Shown here piece after piece: positions 8,910 to 16,080 of a stretch of DNA of 64,000 nucleotides; the stretch's first letter is position 1; each line of letters starts with the position of its first letter. A model generated the notes under the pieces. The model saw only the letters and a program-made list of their open reading frames with translations, searched no databases and was not told where the DNA came from. Origin of the DNA: a virus (taxonomy: Duplodnaviria; Caudoviricetes); the IMG/VR virus record IMGVR_UViG_3300005675_000082, positions 3,777 to 67,776 of that record; one strand, written 5' to 3'. The position numbers and the translations under genes were made by a program.

Positions 8910-9266
8910 TCATCTACGCCCCTCACGCCGATTTATACGCCGTGCGATGCGTGAGTAGCAAGTTCCACATACGAAGAGACCGTCTATAGTCACTGGTGAT
9001 ATGTTTTTGCGCGCGCAGCGTTGGCACACGATTGGGAATATCTCTCGAATGTTCGTGATTGTTTTTTGCATTGCATTCGCGCGCTGGTAGTCTTGAATCT
9101 GCGCTGCGTTATCTGCCTCACGATATAAGAAGTGTACAGCCTCAATTGGTTGTTTTTCTTCAGCATGTCCCCACAGTATCGCTATGAGTTTCTCGCCATC
9201 TGCATAATAGGCTGTGGCGGTTTCATCGCTCGATAGTCCATCATATCCTAGTAGTTTCATTTTCAT
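8910..9266 (-). CDS. Hypothetical protein with C-terminal CxxC...CxxC zinc finger
   Basis: CQRC...CGTC. Confidence 0.55.
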   Translation of the reverse strand: MKMKLLGYDGLSSDETATAYYADGEKLIAILWGHAEEKQPIEAVHFLYREADNAAQIQDYQRANAMQKTITNIREIFPIVCQRCARKNISPVTIDGLFVCGTCYSRIARRINRREGRR

Positions 9267-9472
9267 TTCACCTCATGATGTGGTTTGATATTCGCGCCAT
9301 ATGGCGCTTTAAACACTGATGGCTGGTTCATCAGGATAATGCGCTCAGGCTTTGCCAACAGCCATGCCGGAACGCCCGATTCAATCGCCAGTTCGTAGGC
9401 TCTCAGCGCACGCACATACGACTGGTCGAGTTCGGTCTGGATACGTCCAGCTTTCAGGAGCCTTCTCAGCAC
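9263..9472 (-). CDS. Hypothetical protein
   Basis: 69 aa, overlaps the next gene (ATGA). Confidence 0.45.
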   Translation of the reverse strand: MLRRLLKAGRIQTELDQSYVRALRAYELAIESGVPAWLLAKPERIILMNQPSVFKAPYGANIKPHHEVK

Positions 9473-9689
9473 TCATATAATTTCTGTCCCGCCGCGCGTG
9501 CCAGTTCGGGAGATATCTCCACTCGTTCGGGTGATTGCGCACGAATGGAACCTCTACATAGTGCAGCGTCATGTGCTGTAGCCAGCGCTTCTGGTCGTCT
9601 ATATATTCGCTGAAGTCTAACGTAATGTGAATCTTGTACATTTTCATCCTCACTTTGTACTCACTACTCGCGTAGCATTTAGGACGCAT
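9381..9689 (-). CDS. Hypothetical protein
   Basis: ORF filling the gap in the leftward block. Confidence 0.4.
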   Translation of the reverse strand: MRPKCYASSEYKVRMKMYKIHITLDFSEYIDDQKRWLQHMTLHYVEVPFVRNHPNEWRYLPNWHARRDRNYMSAEKAPESWTYPDRTRPVVCACAESLRTGD

Positions 9690-9707
9690 GATAAGCGCGG
9701 TTATCGG

Positions 9708-10277
9708 CTAGTAGTCATCGCCGTTCCAATTACCCTCTACAGCTTCTGAGGATATGCCACAGTTATAGCAATCAAACCACCAACCACGTACTTCTGCGCC
9801 GTTGGGTAGTTCGTCTATTTGACCTTCGCGGAAAGTACACGGATCACCGCACTTTGGACAAATGTAACCGTCTGTGGCAGTGAGGCGTGTGGCAAACTTG
9901 CCAATGCTTTCGCCAGTGTCAAAGCTTGACCATTCAACTGATATAGTGGACTTCATAAATGTTGGAGTGACAGAATCTTGAGCTTTTGTGAGTTCAAGAC
10001 ACCTATCTAAGCGCAGTGAATAATGCGGGTTCTTAAACGTTACCCACACTTGCAGAAATGCGTCAGATTTTATGCTGCCTACAGTGTTAAATTGCTCTTG
10101 CCGATCAGTGCGCTGGCGCTGTTGCCCAACTAAAACCCCAGCCTCTTTAGCTACTGCCTCAGCATAATCCGCAACCGCACTCTGAATATCACATCCAAGT
10201 TTGTTGTATTCGGTAAGCGCGGCCTTGCGTTGTTTATCTAATGCTTCTATATGCTGCTTCAATTCATCGACTGTCAT
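9708..10277 (-). CDS. Hypothetical protein with C-terminal zinc ribbon
   Basis: N-terminal coiled coil; CPKC...CYNC. Confidence 0.6.
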   Translation of the reverse strand: MTVDELKQHIEALDKQRKAALTEYNKLGCDIQSAVADYAEAVAKEAGVLVGQQRQRTDRQEQFNTVGSIKSDAFLQVWVTFKNPHYSLRLDRCLELTKAQDSVTPTFMKSTISVEWSSFDTGESIGKFATRLTATDGYICPKCGDPCTFREGQIDELPNGAEVRGWWFDCYNCGISSEAVEGNWNGDDY

Positions 10278-10324
10278 TTTATGCTCCTTGTTGTTTACCC
10301 TTGATAACGGCATTTATCTAAAAG

Positions 10325-10780
10325 CTATTTGCTTGCCCAATTCTTGCCTTTTAGAATGCGGTAAATAGTCGTTTCGTGAACACCATATTCACGCGACAAA
10401 GCTACTTGCAAGCCCCACTTACGCGGCGCATCTGCAAACCGTTTACGGATGGTATGCACTTGCTCAATGGTTAGCTTATGCGTGCCATAATGCCGCCCTT
10501 TGGCGACCATGTCTTGCATATTGTCTTTGGCAGTGCCTAAAAACAGATGCCTAGGATTGACGCATGATGGATTGTCGCAGCGATGGCAAACGTCTAAAGC
10601 TGCATCAAACTGCCCATATGCGAGGATGTAAGAGACACGATGCGCCCGCATAACACGCCCGCCAATTGCTATCGTGCCATAGCCGCAATTCAGTGCGCCT
10701 TGCCAGTGCCAGCATTCATCAACACCAGCTTTCGCAACCTTTGACCAAAAGCGCTGTATATCCTTATCGGTGTACATCAT
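10325..10780 (-). CDS. HNH endonuclease (HNH_3 type) with C-terminal HTH
   Basis: AHRVSY...VCHRCDNPSCVNPRHLFLGTAKDNMQDM. Confidence 0.9.
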   Translation of the reverse strand: MMYTDKDIQRFWSKVAKAGVDECWHWQGALNCGYGTIAIGGRVMRAHRVSYILAYGQFDAALDVCHRCDNPSCVNPRHLFLGTAKDNMQDMVAKGRHYGTHKLTIEQVHTIRKRFADAPRKWGLQVALSREYGVHETTIYRILKGKNWASK

Positions 10781-10801
10781 GCCCTCTCGCCTCAAGACTC
10801 G

Positions 10802-13168
10802 CTAGAGTAATACCATCTGCACAGGCACGCGCTCTGGTGCCTGCGGCATCGGTTGATCGTACACCAGCCCCGTTTCAAAACTGGCCTGCTGCGTCCCATT
10901 ACGGCGGCTGAAACACGGCCCGCACAGTGTCACGTCGCCGTTGTGGACACGCACGATAACCTCATTGTCGTTGCGCGTCGCGCGTTCCTCCGGCGTCCCC
11001 ATATCCTTGCCGCAGTCGTCACAGCGGATAGGCGTTCGCGCTGCCGTTTTCACCTTGCCCAGATGCGCCAGCACGACCGTCACGGCACGTTCTCCGGCGC
11101 TGCTCAACTGCCGCTGCCACGCATCGTTACTAGGCGACCAGTGGAAACCGTGCCGCTTTAACAGGGTGATGGACTCGGCGTCGGGTTTGCCGGGGAACTG
11201 CAACCGGATGCGGTTGTCGGTTGTGTCGCGGATCAGCGTTACATCACCGTAGGTCTCCTGCTCCGGCTGAGAGGCCGCGCGCTGCACCTGCGCCTGCAAT
11301 TCGCTCAGGCGTTGTTTCATGCGGCGAATGTTGGCGTTGTTGTTGGTGAGTTGGTAATCGGGATACCCGACACGCCCCCTGTAATCGCCTTGCAGCAGTT
11401 TGTCAGCGGTCTGCTGGCTGATGTGCAGGTGCTCAATCAGCGCAGGGGCACGCTGTTCCGCTGGCAGGCGCATCACCTTACGCAGCGCGGCATTGGTCTG
11501 TTTCATGTGCGCCTGTTCGGCTTCTGCCGCCGTGATTTTGGCTTGCAGCTTCAGTATCGCCTGCGGGTCGTCTGACGAGATAACATCGTGGTTTTCAGCG
11601 CTTGCCGCCTTTTGTTCAAGGTCTTTGGCGCGCTGTAGTTTCTCAAAGCCGCGTCGCCACGTCCGGTCAATGCGGTTGCGATAGCTGGTGTCCCACTTCT
11701 CGCTGTGGTGTCCCTTCAGGATCGGCTGGCCGAAAGGGATGATGGACGCCATCTGTTCGGCGCGGCGTAGGTCGCGTGTGGCATCGGTACGCGCGGCGTC
11801 GGCTGCTGCGTGCATCCGTTCAAGCCGTGACTGCACCCGCGTCTGGTACGCTTCGATGCGTTCAGCGCAGGACGCGCACAGGGGCTTATCGTCGCTGGTG
11901 GACGTTGTATTGCTGGCGCAGATCACACAGCGCTGCGGGGCAGGCTGCGGCTGGTCGTAGAGCGTGCCCGTGTCGAAAGCCAATGTCAACGACGATACTG
12001 GCACGAGACGATTCTTGCCGTCGCCGCCATGAACAAAAGCCTTTACCCCATAGCCACCTGTGAGCGTTCCCGCCGAATGTTCAGTGCCGACGATAGAGCC
12101 AATTTTTAACCCCGCGAACTCGGTGAGAACAACATCGGCAGCAGCCGTGATAAGCGTCAGTGTGTTTTCGGGGAGATGACCGAATGTTCCGTCCTCAAAG
12201 AGAAGGGATGCGTTGGCGTGTTCATGGCTAGGGTATGTCTTTTCGGAACGGAGAACCATTGCAGGTTTGCCGTAGCTGGTTTCAATGATGTCGCCACGTT
12301 TGAGTTTGCCGAGCATGGGGGAAGGCGTTTCGGCTTCAAAGAGAGCCGGTTGGTCATACATCATGCCCGTGTCGAAGGTCGGCTCAACCGTCAAAGATCC
12401 CTTGACAGTTGGAAAATCTTCTCGCCAGTGTTCCAGTGTCATGGGCAGGCTTTTCATGTTGCCCTTGAAGAAGATGCGAATGCCGTGTTTATCAGCCACA
12501 TCCAGTAAGGCGCGGACATCACTCTCACGCGGCGGGAAATACTTCGGTCCCGATGAAGCCGCCCCGATGACAACCCAACTGATGACGCCGTGATACTTCT
12601 CAAATAGGTCTGAGAAGTCGAATGCCAGCGGTTCGGCACTAATCCAGCGCACCTTTGCCTTCACCTTCGACAGAGACTCAAAGGTACGTTCCAGCATCCG
12701 GCGCTGCTGTTCGATGCTCAACCGCTTGCCCCACATGAACGTGGGCGGGGTCGATGCGCCGATCCATACGTTATCGGGAATGTCGAAGTGTTGAACACGG
12801 ACAGGGTTTTTGGTCAACATCTGGAAGGTGTGCCAGTGAGCGCGGCGGCACATATCCAGCACCGCTTCTATTTCCTCATTGGGAACCCAATGCCCGAATA
12901 CATCTGCCATGCTGCCGACAAAAATTCTGGCAGGGGTCTTGAGTTTCAGCGGCTCATCCAGAATAGCGGGGTTCCAGTAGTGATGTTCAAACCCATGCGG
13001 ATAGGCTTTCTGGGCGACGTTGGTTGCCACATCTTCGGCGTAGCAGTTGGCAATAGTGCCATCTGGCATCTCCCATGCACAGCCGTGTTTACATCCTGAA
13101 ATTGGATTGTGGGTGTATTGAGTCCATTCTATCCCACGCCCACCATTCGTTTTTTGTTGTCTGTTCAT
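10802..13168 (-). CDS. Polyvalent protein: DUF5131 (Gp37/Gp68-like) + SH3/KOW-like + Zn finger + DUF3560-like + Zn finger
   Basis: IEWTQYTHNPISGCKHGC...CYAE, FVGSMADVF, LTKNP, WIGAS, SAEPL, WVVIG (DUF5131); IPFGQPILKGHHSE...ISSDDP (DUF3560-like). Confidence 0.75.
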   Translation of the reverse strand: MNRQQKTNGGRGIEWTQYTHNPISGCKHGCAWEMPDGTIANCYAEDVATNVAQKAYPHGFEHHYWNPAILDEPLKLKTPARIFVGSMADVFGHWVPNEEIEAVLDMCRRAHWHTFQMLTKNPVRVQHFDIPDNVWIGASTPPTFMWGKRLSIEQQRRMLERTFESLSKVKAKVRWISAEPLAFDFSDLFEKYHGVISWVVIGAASSGPKYFPPRESDVRALLDVADKHGIRIFFKGNMKSLPMTLEHWREDFPTVKGSLTVEPTFDTGMMYDQPALFEAETPSPMLGKLKRGDIIETSYGKPAMVLRSEKTYPSHEHANASLLFEDGTFGHLPENTLTLITAAADVVLTEFAGLKIGSIVGTEHSAGTLTGGYGVKAFVHGGDGKNRLVPVSSLTLAFDTGTLYDQPQPAPQRCVICASNTTSTSDDKPLCASCAERIEAYQTRVQSRLERMHAAADAARTDATRDLRRAEQMASIIPFGQPILKGHHSEKWDTSYRNRIDRTWRRGFEKLQRAKDLEQKAASAENHDVISSDDPQAILKLQAKITAAEAEQAHMKQTNAALRKVMRLPAEQRAPALIEHLHISQQTADKLLQGDYRGRVGYPDYQLTNNNANIRRMKQRLSELQAQVQRAASQPEQETYGDVTLIRDTTDNRIRLQFPGKPDAESITLLKRHGFHWSPSNDAWQRQLSSAGERAVTVVLAHLGKVKTAARTPIRCDDCGKDMGTPEERATRNDNEVIVRVHNGDVTLCGPCFSRRNGTQQASFETGLVYDQPMPQAPERVPVQMVLL

Positions 13169-13196
13169 CAGCTTGCTCCTGTGGTCTGGCCGGGGT

Positions 13197-13901
13197 TTAC
13201 TTGTTCAACGCATCTACGTAGTAATTCGACTGAATGAGCGCATCACCAGCGATTGAGGCGGGCGTTCTGTCGCCAACGTAGTTACTCGCAATCGCCTCTA
13301 GCGCCTTCTGCGTAATCGCGAGGTTCGCCCGTGCCGCCGCCAACTGTGCGCGTAACGTCTCGTTCTCGGTACGCAGCGCGTCGAGTTCGGTAGGTTCCGG
13401 TTCCGTGTGAATACCCGTTCCGTAGCATTCAGGGCACGGCACGATATACAAACCGCTGCTAGTTACTGTGCCGCTACCATCGCAACGCTCACAAGGACGC
13501 TCAAAACCGTCTTCCGGCGTCGGTTCGCTTGTCGCGTCCTGTGGTTCAACGACGGCGGCGGGCGCTGCAATCGCACGCACATCCGACACCTTAACGCTGT
13601 ATTCCTCATCACCTGTCGCCTTGTGGGCAAGGATATAACGCCCGCGATAGTAGCGAATAATGGTGTATCCATCTTCGCCAGCGTCTAACCGTTCAACCGT
13701 TGCGCCGATGGGCAGGTCAAATGTGTTGGGGCTGAAGCGCGCTAGTTCGTAACGGTAGATTTCCTCATCCGTTAGACGGTGGTCATAGTCGATTGTGCCG
13801 TAGGCAAACTCTTTGTTATCCTGTGCGTTGGTGAAACCTGCCGGAACTGCGCCGTACATGGCGGGGCGATTGAATAAGCCGTAAGTGAATGTTTCTGCCA
13901 T
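13197..13901 (-). CDS. DarA-related domain protein with DnaJ-type zinc finger
   Basis: YGLFNRP..YGAVP..G...YGTIDYDHRLTDEEIYRYEL; CERCDGSG...CPECYGTG. Confidence 0.55.
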   Translation of the reverse strand: MAETFTYGLFNRPAMYGAVPAGFTNAQDNKEFAYGTIDYDHRLTDEEIYRYELARFSPNTFDLPIGATVERLDAGEDGYTIIRYYRGRYILAHKATGDEEYSVKVSDVRAIAAPAAVVEPQDATSEPTPEDGFERPCERCDGSGTVTSSGLYIVPCPECYGTGIHTEPEPTELDALRTENETLRAQLAAARANLAITQKALEAIASNYVGDRTPASIAGDALIQSNYYVDALNK

Positions 13902-13939
13902 TGTCGTTACTCCTGCTGCCTCTGTTCAATTGGTCATAC

Positions 13940-13975
13940 TACTATACATTGTATAGTATTTTACCTAAAAGTCAA
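13940..13975 (-). promoter_or_regulatory. Leftward promoter with palindromic operator
   Basis: Minus strand TTGACT-N16-TACAAT; palindrome TACTATACATTGTATAGTA at 13940-13958. Confidence 0.7.
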
Positions 13976-14040
13976 CCTTAAGATTTTCTTGTGATTTGGC
14001 TGCTTTATACAGCCTACTTTTGTTTGTCTTAATTCTAGTG

Positions 14041-14073
14041 TATAATCCGAGAAACAATCAGCACAAATGTTCG
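14041..14073 (+). promoter_or_regulatory. terS promoter -10 with LexA-like box
   Basis: TATAAT at 14041; AGCACAAATGTTCG at 14060-14073. Confidence 0.65.
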
Positions 14074-14082
14074 TGAGATGCT

Positions 14083-14673
14083 ATGAGCGAAGAACCTAAA
14101 GGACGCAGACCACGCCAGCGGCGCACACCCAAACGCCGTGTGCGGGACAGACTGCGTATCTCTCAGATGTACGTCTACGATGGCAAGACGCAGGGCGAAA
14201 TTGCCAAAGCACTCGGCCTGTCGGCGGCTACCGTCAACCGCGCTTTGCAGGAACTGGAAACAGGCTGGAAGGCGGAAGCGGCGCAGCATTACCGCGTGTG
14301 GAAACAAACGCTGGTGGATGAGGCGCTGTATCAACTCGAAGAATGGTACGCCGCGTGGCAAAAGAGCAAGCTGCCGCGTGAGGTGGACAGCACCAAACAG
14401 AGCGCCGGGGCCGATGGCAAAAAGGTGGAAGTCAGCAAACGCACCGAGGGACGCGCGGGGAACCCCTCGTTTCTCAATGGTGCGGGGCAGACGCTGGATC
14501 GCCTGATGAAACTGACGGGGCTGGATGTGCAGAAGATCGCGCCCACCAATCCCGATGGCACGCAGGAATACAAACCCTTCAGCCTTGAGGATTTCGGGGC
14601 CATTATCGCCAAAGCGCGCGAGTATGAGGAAACAATAAAGGATGGTCGCAGCGGCACAGACAACGGAGCGTGA
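14083..14673 (+). CDS. terS: Terminase small subunit
   Basis: N-terminal HTH (TQGEIAKALGLSAATVNRAL), AGNPSFL motif, directly upstream of terL. Confidence 0.8.
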   Translation: MSEEPKGRRPRQRRTPKRRVRDRLRISQMYVYDGKTQGEIAKALGLSAATVNRALQELETGWKAEAAQHYRVWKQTLVDEALYQLEEWYAAWQKSKLPREVDSTKQSAGADGKKVEVSKRTEGRAGNPSFLNGAGQTLDRLMKLTGLDVQKIAPTNPDGTQEYKPFSLEDFGAIIAKAREYEETIKDGRSGTDNGA

Positions 14674-16072
14674 ATGGATCGTCGCTGAAATTGGCAAGTG
14701 TGCGACCTCTCCTATCTACTTCGTGAATGAATACGTACAAATCTTTGACCCACAGGTCGGAAGCTGGTTTGCCTTTAAACTGTGGAAGGCGCAGGTAGAA
14801 GTGCTGCACCTGATGCACACGCGGCGCTACATTGTCGGGTTAAAGGCGCGTCAGATCGGCATGACGACGCTGGCCCTCGCCTATGCGCTGTGGGAAATTC
14901 TGTTTCGCCCGATTGCCTCCGTCATGATGTTTTCGCGGCGCGATGAAGAAGCCAAGGACATGCTGCTCAGGCTAAAGGATATGTACCTGAAACTTCCGAC
15001 GTGGTTACAGGCGCGGTATATCGACACGGACAATGCCCACCTGTTAAAACTTTCCAACGGCTCAATGGTGCGTGCGTTTCCCACAACAGGCGGCGACGCC
15101 TACACTGCCACGACGGTGGTTTGTGACGAATCGGATTTAATTTCCGATTTTGGGGCGCTGATGCGTTCGGCAAAACCAACAGTCGATAATGGCGGTAAAT
15201 TGTTTTTGCTGGGGCGGCCCAACAAGGATAAACCCAACAGCATTTTTAAGGCGATTTATCGTGCCGCCAAGCAGGGGTTAAATGAATATACACCTGTGTT
15301 TTTATCGTGGACAGCAAGGCCCGACAGAGACGCGGTATGGTATGAAAAACAGAAGGCCGACTCTCTGGCGCTGGATGGCACGCTGGATTCCTTGCATGAG
15401 CAATATCCGGCGAACGATGCCGAAGCATTGGCATCCAAGACGTTGAATAAACGTTTTCCGCCCGCCATGCTGCTTAGTTGTTATGAGGAAGTTGCTCCCA
15501 TCCCTCTGGAGCGCCTGCCCGAAAAATCACCTGTGATCCCCGGTTTAACCGTGTACAAGCTGCCGGAACAGGACGCCCGTTACTGTTTAGGCGCTGATCC
15601 AGCAGAAGGCAATCCCACGTCAGACGACAGCGCGGCGGTGGTTTTAAATGCCAAAACAGGGGAGCAGGTTGCGGAGCTATCGGGCAAGTTCCAACCGGAT
15701 ACGTTTGCGGCACACATCGCTGCCCTTTCGCAGTGGTATAACAATGCCCGCGCGATGGTGGAGCGTAACAATCATGGTCATGCGGTGCTGTTATGGCTGC
15801 GTTCGTTTCGCCCAGGGGTGCAGCGCGCATGGGGGGCGGACAAAAAAGAGGGCTGGCTCAGTAATGGGCCGGGGAAAACAATGCTGTATGACAAGGGCGT
15901 AGAAGCGGTGAAAGACCGGTGGACCATCATCCACAGCTTTAAAGCCTACACGCAGATGAGCAGTATCGAAGGCTCGACGCTGCGCGCGCCGGATGGCGAT
16001 ATGGACGATGTATCAGACGCCTACATGCTGGCGTTACAACTGGTGGGCAAATTAGGGGTTTTTGCGGGATAG
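14642..16072 (+). CDS. terL: Terminase large subunit
   Basis: LKARQIGMTT Walker A variant, VVCDE Walker B, GADPAEG and DDVSDA nuclease motifs. Confidence 0.92.
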   Translation: MVAAAQTTEREWIVAEIGKCATSPIYFVNEYVQIFDPQVGSWFAFKLWKAQVEVLHLMHTRRYIVGLKARQIGMTTLALAYALWEILFRPIASVMMFSRRDEEAKDMLLRLKDMYLKLPTWLQARYIDTDNAHLLKLSNGSMVRAFPTTGGDAYTATTVVCDESDLISDFGALMRSAKPTVDNGGKLFLLGRPNKDKPNSIFKAIYRAAKQGLNEYTPVFLSWTARPDRDAVWYEKQKADSLALDGTLDSLHEQYPANDAEALASKTLNKRFPPAMLLSCYEEVAPIPLERLPEKSPVIPGLTVYKLPEQDARYCLGADPAEGNPTSDDSAAVVLNAKTGEQVAELSGKFQPDTFAAHIAALSQWYNNARAMVERNNHGHAVLLWLRSFRPGVQRAWGADKKEGWLSNGPGKTMLYDKGVEAVKDRWTIIHSFKAYTQMSSIEGSTLRAPDGDMDDVSDAYMLALQLVGKLGVFAG

Positions 16073-16080
16073 GGGCATAC

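Noticed and set aside
14035-14697. 220-aa minus-strand ORF over terS
   Set aside because: Shadow ORF of a GC-rich gene; terS has the motifs and synteny.
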